From NCBI GenBank assembly GCA_023261645.1, contig JAHFOO010000003.1, forward strand, positions 31,951-95,950: 64,000 nt of DNA, in the 5' to 3' direction. Shown here piece by piece: positions 9,501 through 21,500 of this stretch. Numbering within the stretch: position 1 is the first letter of the stretch; each line of letters begins with the position of its first letter. The stretch is from Candidatus Moraniibacteriota bacterium (GTDB lineage: Bacteria; Patescibacteriota; Minisyncoccia; Moranbacterales; UBA1568). The notes below the pieces were generated by a model, which was not told the DNA's origin, ran no database searches, and saw nothing but the letters and a program-made list of their open reading frames with translations. Position numbers and translations under genes: made by a program.

Positions 9501-11049
9501 ATTCATTCTTTCTTTCCTTATTATCGGAATATGCATCGCTTCGGGAATACTTTTTTGGTATCGGCCGGATTTTCTTCTCTGGCTGTCACCGGGAAACACC
9601 TCTGAACTCTCTGTACCCGTGGAATACAAATCAGGAGCGCTCGCACTCGAAGTGAACAATGCACAGATTGTCTCCAAAGATGAGTACAACCTTACCTTTC
9701 CGCTCTCTGGTACCGTGGATGAAGTATTTGCACAGGAAGGGACCGTAACGGATGTAGGTACCAAACTCGTGAAATTAGAAACACGCGAATTGGAATTGGA
9801 ACTCAAAAAGAACGAGGCTCTCTTGGCAGAAGCGGAAGCAAATCTCGCCAAACTCCGAAAGGGAACGCGTCTCGAAGAAATAGCCGTGTACGTCGATAAG
9901 AAGAACAGCTCCGAAACTACCCTGAAAAATCAGAAACAAGCAGCCATCGATACTGCCTACGATGCTTTCATTCAATCAGACGACGCTATACACAACAAAA
10001 CAGACCCTCTCTTCACGAATCCGAATACCGCTCCCCAACTCACGTTCACGCCGAGCGACAGTGGTCTTGAAAACGATATTGAATCCGAACGCTTGTCGCT
10101 CGAAAGCAAGCTCAACGACTGGAAGAATAGTGCCAAAGATATGAAAACATCCGGTGATATACAGAAGTATATCAATACTGCGAGAAATAACCTTGGAGAT
10201 GTTACCTCGTATTTGGACAAGATAGCTCTCGCTGTAAATGCTCTTGTGGCTGGCAGTATTACCCAAAACACGATTGACTCATGGAAAGTTTCCACTATCG
10301 CGGCACGTACCGCTGTCAGTACGGCGACATCGAATGTAGGCACTGCGGAAGCTTCTTTCAATGGTGCTCGTAAAGATCTCTCTGTAGCCGAAAGTGAGCT
10401 CGATTTGAAAGTAGCAGGAACACAATCCGATGACGTCATAGCAGCAGTGAATGCCGCCGAAGTTGCAAAAAATCAAATGGAGGTAGTCAAAGAACATATG
10501 CGACAATCGATCCTCACGGCTCCTGAGACGGGACTGACCATCGAGAAAATCTATCCGAAAAAAGGTGAGTACGTACAAAGCGGTATGCCTGTCGCCATCG
10601 TTTCACAATCGACCCTCGAAATACAGGTTGATGTCCCAGAAGAAGACATCAGCTCTGTTTCCATCGGGAATACGGCAACCCTCACGCTTTCCGCTCTTCC
10701 TCGTGAGAAAATTTCAGGTACCGTTTCCTCCATCGAACGGAAAGAAATAGAAAAGGAAGGGAGTATTTATTTTCGTTTCCATATTTCTCTTCAGTCAGAA
10801 TGGGAAAAGAACGAACGCTTACGTCCAGGAATGACAGGAAATATTCTCATCTTCGGAACGAATATCGGCAAGGCGCTCCGCATACCACAGTCCGCTCTCT
10901 ATACTCGGGACGGAGTGATCTATGTGAAAGTCATCCGTCCATCCAAAAAAATTGAGGAGGTGGGAGTGAAAGTAGGTGCCGAAGGAGAAGGCTACGCGCA
11001 GATTATGGCCGGTCTCGGTGCAGGAGACAAAGTAATACTCAAACCCTGA
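9493..11049 (+). CDS. HlyD/MacA-family periplasmic adaptor with a long coiled coil
   Basis: N-terminal transmembrane helix, an extended coiled-coil region, and a C-terminal beta-barrel/lipoyl-like segment (LRPGMTGNILIFGTNIGKALRIPQSALYTRDGVIYVKV). Translationally coupled to the ABC ATPase. Confidence 0.7.
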   Translation: MFKFILSFLIIGICIASGILFWYRPDFLLWLSPGNTSELSVPVEYKSGALALEVNNAQIVSKDEYNLTFPLSGTVDEVFAQEGTVTDVGTKLVKLETRELELELKKNEALLAEAEANLAKLRKGTRLEEIAVYVDKKNSSETTLKNQKQAAIDTAYDAFIQSDDAIHNKTDPLFTNPNTAPQLTFTPSDSGLENDIESERLSLESKLNDWKNSAKDMKTSGDIQKYINTARNNLGDVTSYLDKIALAVNALVAGSITQNTIDSWKVSTIAARTAVSTATSNVGTAEASFNGARKDLSVAESELDLKVAGTQSDDVIAAVNAAEVAKNQMEVVKEHMRQSILTAPETGLTIEKIYPKKGEYVQSGMPVAIVSQSTLEIQVDVPEEDISSVSIGNTATLTLSALPREKISGTVSSIERKEIEKEGSIYFRFHISLQSEWEKNERLRPGMTGNILIFGTNIGKALRIPQSALYTRDGVIYVKVIRPSKKIEEVGVKVGAEGEGYAQIMAGLGAGDKVILKP

Positions 11050-11053
11050 AGTT

Positions 11054-11671
11054 ATGTCTCTTGTTTGTAAAAAAGCAACTACCATCGGAGAAAAAAATCG
11101 GGCTCGCTCCATCGTAGAACACGAATATCTCAAGATGGGTTATCTCATACACAAAGAGGCAACACCTCCACAGATACCCAGTACTCCCTATCTCAGGGAA
11201 GCAACATCCGAAACATATGCTCTCTATTTAGACAAGAAAATCATCGGCACCATTTCGATAATTATGGACTCGGTACACGGACTGCCGATGGACGCGCTTT
11301 TCAAAAGCGAACTTGATACCTTTCGGAAGAAAGACGAGCACCTCGCAGAAGTGGTACAGCTCGCCATCGATGAAGAGATACTCGCTCAATCAGGAATGCT
11401 CAAGAAAAACATTGAGCGTCTCCGTTTCCTTACTTCATTGTTTCAAGCAGTACTCCGATCTGCTCATCGGGCACATATCAGCACATTATGCATTATGGTA
11501 AACCCAAAGCACGATACTTTTTATGAACACATCGGTTTCCGGACCATTGGAGAGGAGAAATCCTATCCCCCTCTCCAGAATGCACCGGCTGTACCGAAAG
11601 TGCTCACACTCAAAAACAAGCTAAATAGTATCGTAAAAAGCCACATCCTAAGCCAAATATTATATATTTAG
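11054..11671 (+). CDS. N-acyl amino acid synthase-like GNAT-fold N-acyltransferase (OlsB/FeeM family)
   Basis: A 205-aa protein. Its size and pattern (RSIVEHEYLKMGYL...) fit the acyl-ACP-dependent N-acyltransferase (Acetyltransf_5, autoinducer-synthase-like) family. It sits directly upstream of the PlsC-like, PPTase and ACP genes. Confidence 0.45.
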   Translation: MSLVCKKATTIGEKNRARSIVEHEYLKMGYLIHKEATPPQIPSTPYLREATSETYALYLDKKIIGTISIIMDSVHGLPMDALFKSELDTFRKKDEHLAEVVQLAIDEEILAQSGMLKKNIERLRFLTSLFQAVLRSAHRAHISTLCIMVNPKHDTFYEHIGFRTIGEEKSYPPLQNAPAVPKVLTLKNKLNSIVKSHILSQILYI

Positions 11672-11737
11672 AAAGACATTCTGAGTAAGGACAAAGGTGC
11701 TATAATAGAAGTACGCTTTGATGATCATAGAGCTCTT

Positions 11738-12421
11738 ATGGCTGATGACGATAAACAGACAATGTCTCTTTTCAGAAAGATGAAGGATGGTACCATCGTC
11801 TTTTTCCAATTACTTTCGTATTTTTTCTTTCTTTTTTTCTTCCGCCCGTTTCTTCATATTAAACGCACATTACCGGATAATATCTCACGATTGAATCGCG
11901 GATCGCTCCTGGTAGCGAACCATCAGGCAAAAACCGACCCATTCATCGTTATGGGATATCTGCCGTTGCTTTCGTTTCTGAAACTTATTCCTGTACGTTT
12001 CCCAGCAGACAATCATTATATGAAAATTCCTCTCGTCGGTTCCGTTCTCCGGCTTTTCGGATGTTATGATGTCGGAGGGAACACACGTGAACGAATGCTT
12101 GTGCTTCTCCGTACATGTGAGCTCATCCGGTCCGGAAAAACAGTCTTTCTTTTCCCTGAAGGAGAGATTGCTCAATCGGAGAGAGTTCCATTTCAGAAGG
12201 GCATCAACTTTTTCATACGCGAAGCGAAAGCAGTCATTTTCGTAAGAATAGATGGCTTCAACCCTCAGAATATTGCGTCACTGGAAGAAAAGGAACGTCG
12301 ACTCTCCTATGGAGAAGTATGCGATACCGAGCTCACCAGCCTCGATGTCGTCAAACTGCAGGATTATTTCGACCTCCTGACAGAAAGCCGTTCCCCATTC
12401 ATTATCCGCAATGATAAATAG
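11738..12421 (+). CDS. Lysophospholipid/1-acylglycerol-3-phosphate O-acyltransferase family (PlsC/OlsA-like)
   Basis: HX4D motif NHQAKTDPF and FPEGE motif (LFPEGEIAQSERV). Confidence 0.75.
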   Translation: MADDDKQTMSLFRKMKDGTIVFFQLLSYFFFLFFFRPFLHIKRTLPDNISRLNRGSLLVANHQAKTDPFIVMGYLPLLSFLKLIPVRFPADNHYMKIPLVGSVLRLFGCYDVGGNTRERMLVLLRTCELIRSGKTVFLFPEGEIAQSERVPFQKGINFFIREAKAVIFVRIDGFNPQNIASLEEKERRLSYGEVCDTELTSLDVVKLQDYFDLLTESRSPFIIRNDK

Positions 12422-12431
12422 ATAGTGCCTT

Positions 12432-13103
12432 ATGCAGATTTCCTTCTGCGAATATTCCTCAGTAGCCACCGTATCACCGGAACAGTTCCTCAATAAGGAA
12501 GAATACCTTCGGTGGTCGAAGCTTCCTCAAAAGAAAAAAATGAGTTCCCTCATCGGCAAGGTGACTGCGAAACGAGCGACGCAAGCTCTCTGGGAAAAAC
12601 ATTGCGGAGCAATACTTCCATATCATACTATCAATATACGACATACCTCTGCCGGTATGCCACGCATACATACATATCCGATTCTCCTCAGCATCAGCCA
12701 TACCGATGACTGTGGCATCGCTCTGGTCGCTTTGGATAAGCCTCATCTTAGGATAGGAATAGATATCGAACGCATCCGCACCTTCAATCAGAAATTCATC
12801 GATGGCTTCCTCACAAAAAATGAACAATCCTGGTGCGAAGAGAAGTCTGCCGATGAAAAAAAGAGACGACAGACGCTCTCTTGGTCTTACAAAGAAGCCT
12901 TCCTCAAAGCTCTCGGCACAGGATTACGAGAACATCCGAAAACTGTTGAGATTTCTCCCATAACTTCTGCAAAGGTTTTCCTCTCTTGCAACGGCTATCG
13001 AGGAGAAGGCAGGGAGATAACACTCCCAGGAAAATGGGGGAACTATGTCGCTACTGTAGTAGAAATATATCCATTCACAAAAAAAGAATCCCTGTATCAA
13101 TAA
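12432..13103 (+). CDS. 4'-phosphopantetheinyl transferase
   Basis: GIDIERI and WSYKEAFLKALGTG motifs. Confidence 0.75.
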   Translation: MQISFCEYSSVATVSPEQFLNKEEYLRWSKLPQKKKMSSLIGKVTAKRATQALWEKHCGAILPYHTINIRHTSAGMPRIHTYPILLSISHTDDCGIALVALDKPHLRIGIDIERIRTFNQKFIDGFLTKNEQSWCEEKSADEKKRRQTLSWSYKEAFLKALGTGLREHPKTVEISPITSAKVFLSCNGYRGEGREITLPGKWGNYVATVVEIYPFTKKESLYQ

Positions 13104-13116
13104 TATCTCTGCGACT

Positions 13117-13362
13117 ATGCCACACACTGACACTCTCACAACCAAGGTATATGAAATCATACACCAAGCGACACGAGTCCCCCTCGAAAAGATTTCACTA
13201 AATGCCGAACTTGAAGACCTTGTTGATGATTCCATACAACTGTTCCAGCTCATCCTTTCTTTCGAAGAGGCTTTCGGAATGCGCGCGAAGTATCAAGATC
13301 TTATGAAAATCATCACGGTCGGCGATATTGTCGATTATCTGAAAAAAATACAGTCTCTTTGA
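13117..13362 (+). CDS. Acyl carrier protein
   Basis: An 81-aa protein with the DLVDDSIQLFQLI motif (DS serine attachment site) in an ACP-like helical context. Confidence 0.8.
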   Translation: MPHTDTLTTKVYEIIHQATRVPLEKISLNAELEDLVDDSIQLFQLILSFEEAFGMRAKYQDLMKIITVGDIVDYLKKIQSL

Positions 13363-13406
13363 AGCGAATATATATATATATCCTCTATGAAGCAGTCCGG
13401 TGGATA

Positions 13407-14750
13407 TCACTCATACCTCAAGGCTTCCAAAGCATGAATTTTTGAGGCGCGCATAGCAGGAAATATCCCCGTCACCAATCCGAGGAAAAAGATGAAGACA
13501 ATGATAGAAATAATGAATATGGAAGGGACTTCCACAAATGACAATGGGGTAACATTATATTTCTCCCCCAAAAAATTGATAACATAATTTACACCTCTGG
13601 CCACTCCATAACCACCGAGCAACCCGATGCTTCCGCCAAAAAAACTGATCAGAAACGCTTCAAAAATAAACATTTTAAATATATCAGCTCGCTTGGTTCC
13701 GAGCGCTTTGAGGATACCAACCTCCTTGGTACGTTGCAAAAGAGAGATACTCAAAGTATTCAACATTCCCATTGCAGAAATAGACATTATGATGGTACCG
13801 AAAATCACCAGAATAATCCGAACTATCAGAAAAAATGAATTGATTTCGGTAATAGTATCGATAATACTCTCTGTAGTGAAGGCTGTCTGCTCTATCTGAA
13901 GACGTACCGACTCAATGACACTGTCATCCTTGACACGTACTTTTGCAAACTGTCCTGCGACATTGCCATATCGTTTCTGAAACTCTTCAAAAGAAAGAAA
14001 TGCGTACACAGCATCATCCTTGGTTTGGTCTTTCACAATACCCACTATCGTAAGCGTATCATCAGTATCTCTCTTGGACGTTTCTTCCGGTGTTGATTCT
14101 GTATCATTAGCAAACATATCAGCTGTCACAGTACTCGTGTATGTTATCTGTTTTCCGATGCTCTCTTCCGGTTTCTCAAAACCGAGGAGATTGGCAAGTT
14201 TTGGTGTGATAAGGACGCCATTCGATTCAGTAAAAATCTTGCTCCCTATTTCTTGATTGATGTCAGAACGAGCCAAATCAAGATAGTGTCGACTGATCAC
14301 ATTGATAACAACATCCGTCTGTGTATCACCATTTGAAAATTTTCCTCCGACACTTGTTCGTGTTTCCACTTGCTCAACTCCTCCGATATTTCTCATTCTC
14401 TCAAGTGCGACATTGTCCATCAAAATAAAATTATCGAGACTCTTATTGCTCACATCGATGATATTGCTCGGATTATTCTTGGTCACCTCTCGAATGACCA
14501 TATCCTGGATTCCGAATCCAAGCGAGATGAGTAAAGTAATGATGCCGATGCCGATGCCAACACCTCCAATCGTCAGGATAGAACGGAGTTTGTTTGAAAT
14601 CATATTCCGATATCCGATCAATAATACCGATGAAAATTTCATATGAGCAAAAGGTTCTCTCTTTGTCGAGCGCGTGCGAACGAAAAGATTCCTCTTCCTA
14701 TCCGGAGGAGATGCTGGTTGTTGGTTGCTGTTTCGTAATGAAGAATGCAT
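13407..14750 (-). CDS. ABC transporter permease, MacB/FtsX-type with large periplasmic domain
   Basis: N-terminal transmembrane helix, a roughly 220-aa periplasmic domain, and a C-terminal FtsX four-helix region (ILKALGTKRADIFKMFIFEAFLISFFGGSIGLLGG). Confidence 0.8.
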   Translation of the reverse strand: MHSSLRNSNQQPASPPDRKRNLFVRTRSTKREPFAHMKFSSVLLIGYRNMISNKLRSILTIGGVGIGIGIITLLISLGFGIQDMVIREVTKNNPSNIIDVSNKSLDNFILMDNVALERMRNIGGVEQVETRTSVGGKFSNGDTQTDVVINVISRHYLDLARSDINQEIGSKIFTESNGVLITPKLANLLGFEKPEESIGKQITYTSTVTADMFANDTESTPEETSKRDTDDTLTIVGIVKDQTKDDAVYAFLSFEEFQKRYGNVAGQFAKVRVKDDSVIESVRLQIEQTAFTTESIIDTITEINSFFLIVRIILVIFGTIIMSISAMGMLNTLSISLLQRTKEVGILKALGTKRADIFKMFIFEAFLISFFGGSIGLLGGYGVARGVNYVINFLGEKYNVTPLSFVEVPSIFIISIIVFIFFLGLVTGIFPAMRASKIHALEALRYE

Positions 14751-14756
14751 ATTTTT

Positions 14757-15497
14757 TTAACTTTTTTTCATATCTTCCTCGATCATATCAAACGAATTCT
14801 GATTAATGACATCAGAAACGATTTTCCCATCCACCATACTGACAATTCTCGAACTGAACTTATACTGATCCGTGTTGTGCGTCACCATCAGAATGGTGAT
14901 GCCAAACTGCTTTGAAATATTTCTCACAAGTGTCATCAGTACCTCTCCTGCTTTCATATCGAGGTTGCCAGTCGGCTCATCAGCAATGATGAACTTCGGA
15001 TTAAGCAGGAGCGAACGAGCAAGAGCGATCCGTTGTTGCTGACCTCCGGAAAGATCGAATGGACGATGATTTGCCCACTCTCCCATCCCCACAAGTTCAA
15101 TCAGTTTGGCAGCAATAGTGACGCTTTCGTGAAATGTCTTGCCAGCGATAACTCCTGGAATGGCGATATTTTCGATTACTGTCAATGATTTGATCCAAAA
15201 TGGCTGTTGCGGAATAAAACCAATATTTTTATTCCTGAAATTTGCTCTCCAGTCCTTGCTCTGGGTCCAAATATCGTCGAGCTCGATAGTAACCGTTCCT
15301 TCTGTGGGGCTTTCGAGACCATAAATGGTATGAAGAAGCGTCGATTTTCCACAACCGGAAGGACCAACTAACAATATGAACTCACCTTTACGAACTTCAA
15401 GGTTGATACCGTGTAACACCTGAATGTCTTGAGTTCCTACGCGAAAAGACTTCTTCAGATTCATCACTTTGATAACAATTTCTTTTTCTTCGACCAT
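14757..15497 (-). CDS. ABC transporter ATP-binding protein (MacB/LolD-type)
   Basis: Walker A GPSGCGKST, signature LSGGQQQRIALARSL, Walker B IIADEPTGNLD. Confidence 0.9.
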   Translation of the reverse strand: MVEEKEIVIKVMNLKKSFRVGTQDIQVLHGINLEVRKGEFILLVGPSGCGKSTLLHTIYGLESPTEGTVTIELDDIWTQSKDWRANFRNKNIGFIPQQPFWIKSLTVIENIAIPGVIAGKTFHESVTIAAKLIELVGMGEWANHRPFDLSGGQQQRIALARSLLLNPKFIIADEPTGNLDMKAGEVLMTLVRNISKQFGITILMVTHNTDQYKFSSRIVSMVDGKIVSDVINQNSFDMIEEDMKKS

Positions 15498-15515
15498 ATG
15501 TATTTCTTAGAAAGT

Positions 15516-18500
15516 CTAATTGCCACGAAGTCTCGACATCCATCCGAAATTATTGAGAAAGGTTCTCGTCACCACTTCAGCCGCGCTGGATGTAGCTTGT
15601 TCTACCGGAACAGTAACTGCATCAGAGACCGTTACATTTTCTGCCTCATCATACGCTTCTATCTGATAACTATACACATCCCCCGCCTCCGCCGGAATAG
15701 TAATGAGATGGTAGGTATTGTAAGTATCGTCGCTCGTCGACTGCTCAAATGATTTTGTTACGATTCCCTTCGCATATGCCACGTGTATACGTGATGCTTC
15801 GTCGGTTTCGATTCTGATATACACATTGGCCTGAGCATTTGTGCCTCGTCCAGACACTCGTCCCATTGCCTTGTTTGAAATAATTCTTGGTGGGCGAGAA
15901 TCAGTACGTGTCGTAACCTTTTGTTCGAAGGGTCTCGCCTGAATATGATACTGGTCATTTCCGGTCACGGTAACCATATATTCTACCGCAGGATCAAGAC
16001 TGGAAATCTCCGCCGTATGTTCTGTCGTCAAATCTTCTGTCAAATATGTGTGGTTGTCTCCCGATCCTGATTTATAGTATATCAGAGTCGATGTTGGTAC
16101 ATTGGTCTTGTACGTGATAGTCACTGTCGGTAAATCGACATTTTCTTTGTTTTCTATAATCACCTCAGACACTACCGGTTCTTCCGGCGTACTGAATGAA
16201 TACTGGTCCGAAGAGAACGTGTTCAAATCACCATCGATACAGTCTATCTGTGCCGAATAATCAGAAGTAGGCTGAAGATTGTCTATCTTCTGGATATGAC
16301 TCGATCCCCCCGATGTTTCCTCGATACTATACGAACCATATTTCAGAGTACAGGTAGCGCTCACGTTTGTCTTCCAATTGACATAGGCTGTGTACAATTG
16401 AATGTCAGTAATCGTCAAATCAGAAATGACCGGCGGTGGCAACGTCGTGAATGTATCCACTGTTGACGTACCGATATTGCCATCCGGATCGATATACTTC
16501 ACGCTATAAAAATATTTCGTCCCAGCATCCAGCCCTTTCACCAAGACTCCGTGTGTCGTCACTGAATCCACCTGTCCAGTTGTCTCACCAAGCGAGATGG
16601 ACTTTCCATATTCGATAAATGAACTCGCCACTCTATCGGTCGCCCACTCGAAAGTCGCTTGAAAAGATTGTGTCGTATAGCTCGGCGTACCGACTAATTT
16701 TGGCGCGGTCGTGTATTTTCCTGTCGGAATAATCGAGACTGTCGAAGAAGCGGCGGAATAATTATTCGTCTTGTCTTTGGACTTCACATAATAATAATAC
16801 AGCTTACTTTCCAAAGTAGTATCACCGGATGCAAGGAGGATCTCGCCGGAATCGACATAAGCACTTCCTGTCGTCTTGGCAATTTCGGTGAATGTAACGT
16901 TATCTTCGGAACGATAAATGACAAACCCATCAAAGTTGGCAACATTGATGCTATCCGGACGAGCCCACTTCACTGCGACACCATATTTGGCGTTTTCTCT
17001 GTCTGAAGTATCAAAAACCTGTACATTACCCGGAATAGGCGGGTTACTAGTATCAGCCGTAAATGTTACTGTAGCATAGTTCCCCCATTCGATATTTCCC
17101 GATTCGTCCCCAGCCACCACGAAGAAGAGGTTGTCACCCTTCTGAGTCGCAAAGGCGCTCGGGCCAGCCGCTTTGGCCGTCGTCGCCACTGAGTTGTTTG
17201 CCGTTGGCAACATATTGATCGAATAATGATAAATAATTTTCGTCGGATCCCCTGCGTACGAAGCTGGTGTATCCCAGGAAAAAGTAAATGAGTTATTCGT
17301 AGAAGAAGATGGTGTCGCAGTCAAACTCTGTGGTGGTGTCGGCGCGCTGGCGCTGTAATAGTATTCCTGCGGAAGTGGCGGAGAAACATTACCAGCACCA
17401 TCCACCACTCGAATATAAAATTTATTCTTACCAGATTGATAGGCACCAACGATATGATTCACATTCGGAATAGTCAGTGCCACTTGGTTGACATCAGGGA
17501 TATCTACCCAGACATTTGGAACATCACCATCAGTACGATACTGTAGTTTCGCCACACCGGAAAACAGATCAGCTGAATCAGCTGACCAGGTGAAAGCAAA
17601 ATTATCCGTCGCCGTATAGCCGGTCGGGAGAACAGAAACAACAGACGGGTTGGTCGGAGCGATATTATCAAACTTGTAGATGAACGCACTGTACGAAGTA
17701 GATGTGATCATTCCCGCATTATCTTTTGTCATTATCTTCAAATAGTATGTCTGTCCTGCTGACAAACTGCTCGCCGTATAATTATTCGCTGTTTGAAAAT
17801 TCACCGGGTCGGCATTTATGTCTATACCGAAGTACACATAGTAGCCAGCAACTCCTGATCCGCCTACACCATCAGTCGCGCCATCGGCGACATCGACAGC
17901 TGGCCACTCAAAGTACGGCGCCGTATGATTGTACCAGGTATCCGTCGTCATACTCGTTACCTTTGTTCCGTCAGTATACGCACTGATGGCACTTGGATTG
18001 GTCGGTTCCGTGATGTCCTGATAGTAACTCACTGCATAATCAGTGATGAGTGGTGAGAAAATCTGATCCGATGATGAAAGATTCGCTCGTACTTGAAAAA
18101 AACCATTCGGTAGAGAGTTTATTTTGAATGTATGTGTTGTCCCCAATACCTGTTCATTGGAAACATTTGTCCAATTCTCCCACGTCGCTCCATCAGCAGA
18201 AGTTCTCGTTTCAAATGTGACAAAAGTATTGTTTGGTAACGTGTAGTTGACTGAAAAATTCGCCCACTTGTACACAGAAACGAGATTGATAGTCTCCGAA
18301 GTATAAACCCCCGTCTTCTGAAAACCAGTGCCGTTATCACTCGAACTCACCACGTAACTATAAAGTCCGTCTGGATAGGAGTTGGTGCCGTTTCCGGCGA
18401 TGACCCAGTTCCGATTGCTTGCGTGCTTCTGAAAACCACCAGTATTCACTTGCGCAGGAATATCCGTCACAGCACTCCAAGTACCTGAAAGACCATCGGC

Positions 18501-21500
18501 GATCCGATACCGATAATAATTCGAGGTGTTGAAACCACGAGTCATATAGATATATCCGTCTCCTCCATCGGCAATACTGCCACCGGTACTGATGGTGGCC
18601 GGTAGTATCGGCATCGCCGCCCAAGTACCCGCCCCGATATCATAGCGGTAATCCGTATTGTTTCCTCCACGAACCGAATAGATATACCCTCCATTATATA
18701 TCATCTCTCCACCGGTCGTAACAGTGGGTGCTCCGACTGTAGAAAGTGCCGACCATCGAGAGCCATCACTCCCATTCAGATCATAGCGCCACCAAGTCGC
18801 CTGACCCACTCCACGTGTGAGGTAGATATATCGTAACCCATCATAGGTCATACTCGATCCGGTGCCGACCTGAATCGGAGGGCGATCTGTCGTCACCTCG
18901 CTCCAGGTATTGGTCGGGATATCGTATTTATAGAAATAATTACTGGCCCCGCTCCGTGAAGTGCGAATTGTTCCGGGAGAATAGTAGATCTCACTATGAT
19001 TCCCGACATACACAAGACTTGATCCATCATACGCTCCTACTGGCAATCGAGCCATTTCCGTTGTTGTTCCTGTTCTTATATTGTACCGGACAAAAACATT
19101 ATCATAACTGCCACGAATCATATACATATTTTCATTGTCATCAGTGACCGCAAATGTTCCGGCACCGAATGGGAAGTATGTCGTCGCATTGATTACTGCC
19201 GGCCCGAACAGTCCGCGGGTTGGTACCTGCCAGGAACTCTCAGCGATACTGTAACGATAAAAATTCGTCGTGTTCGCACCACGCAAGGCATAAATATAAC
19301 CGTGATACACCACCTGGGAAGCGCCGTGATCAAATGTTCCTGGAGTATCTGGCAATTGAGACCATTCATTGATGGCGACATTGTAACGGTAATAATTGTT
19401 TTTCCAATTACCACGAGTCATATAGACGCTGTTCGATGTCGCATCAAAGGCCAGGCTTCCTCCCGTATACACACCCGTCGGCGCCGAAGCCAGTACCGTC
19501 CAGGTATTGGCGACTTCGCCATGCGCTACATCCGTCGCGATGGAATATTTTGCAAAGTACGGGTAATAATTTCCTTGAACGACATAAACATTATTGCGCC
19601 CATCATATACGCTGTCAGAGCCATAATTGACCGTCTGCCCATCCGTGGCATTCGGATTGCCGAATTGCGCATTGACTTTGGCACTCCAAGAATCATTGAT
19701 CGTATCATACCGATAAAAGGCGTCATCACTCCCCGGCAAACCATAGATATACTGCGATCCATCATAGGAGATCGACCCGCCAGCGTAGAAATTCTTCGGC
19801 GCACTCGAAACAGTGGACCAAATATCAAGTGCGATATCATACTTCCAAAATGTCGGCAAATTCCCTCCTTGTGTGGCATAGAGAAACCCATTCGGACCCC
19901 TCTCGATCGATCCTCCATATCCGACCACCCCCGGTGTCACGGCTAGAGCAGTCCAGGTGTCTGTCGCCAGAGCATAGCGATAAAATCCAGTGGTATTACC
20001 ACCCCGAAGTGCAAAAATATAGTCACTTCCATCATAGGTCACTTGAACACTGTCACTACCATAATACATCAAAGCAGGAGCATTGGTTATACGCGACTGA
20101 TTCCAGAATCCGGTACCATCACTGGCACTGAGCCTAAGAGCATCGGTAACATCAGTCGCTGAAACATCTGAGAGTGTCCCCGCCGAAAAATCGGCCTGGC
20201 TCGTTTTCGTTGCAACCAATGCCGGCGCCACTCCGTTATACACATAGGTAAAAGCCGAATAAGTTGTGGCACTCACATTACCATTATTGTCTTTGGTCTT
20301 GATCCGGAGATAATAGGAAGTGGCAGTAAGAGCAGTATTTGCTTCATACGCAGTACTCGTTTGATACGATCCATCCACTGCCGGATCAGCACCGGCATTG
20401 GTACCAAAATAGACGTAGTACCCTTCTACTCCCGCCTCCGGACTACTCGCGCCAGAAAAGGAAAAGTACGGGTGTTCATATGAGTAGGATGATCCGGAAG
20501 TAAGCGTCACACCTCCGGTGTTTTTCGAGTAAGCGTTGACCGCAGTCGGATTGATGGGCAGTGTATCGGAGTTATTATAGGTTATGGTGTAATCAGAAGC
20601 CGTCGGTGTATTCGCGCCATCCGTCGTAGAAAGGGTGATCCGCACCTGGATATAGCGTTCTGGAGGCGAAGCAATGGCTGTACCACTCACTGCCTCCCAA
20701 TCCGACCACGTCTCGGCATCAGTACTCGTCCGAGTCTCATAGACGATGCTCGTACCGGCAGGTGTCGTACTGTTTGCGACAAACGACACCCAGTTCGATG
20801 CTTGTGATACATCAAGAGGTTCGCTCACATAACTCCCTGTACTCACGAAATTATTTGTTCCAGCCGTGAAGCTCCACATATCTGTCGTTGCCTGACCGGT
20901 CAGAGCATAGAAAGAATTGCCTCCAGCGTATTCGATGTTCGCACCATTGTACGGTCCACGTCCATAGAGGTATTTTTGATTTGATGGCAACATCCGCCAC
21001 GTATCAGTCGTAATGGTATACTCCCAGGTTTCGTCCTTATAGTACCCGGCGAGCGCATAAATCTTACCATTCGCAAATGTCAGACTAGTACCATAGTACT
21101 GGGCGAAAGGTGTTGAGGAAAGAGTTGACCACGTATTACTCCCCGTATTGAAACGAAGAAATGCCGTTTCGCCATCACCAAAGGTCGCGTACAGATTCGT
21201 ACCATCGGAAACCATTTTGGCACCGATATTCGCATTGTAAGTAACACCGCTCACCACCGAAGTAGCCAGCGTCGTCCAAGCCAACGTTGTGGAATTCAAA
21301 CTGCTGTACAAATTAGGAGTCCCATTCCCTCTCAAAACATACACTTTGTTATCCGAAGCATTATACACAGCACTTCCACCGTTTGATACTGTTCCCGGCA
21401 ATACCGTCATTACTGCCCAGGTATTCGTGGAAATTGTATATCGGTAGAAAGTTGTTGTTCCATTGCCGAGAGGATAATAAATGTAATTACCCACCAATGT

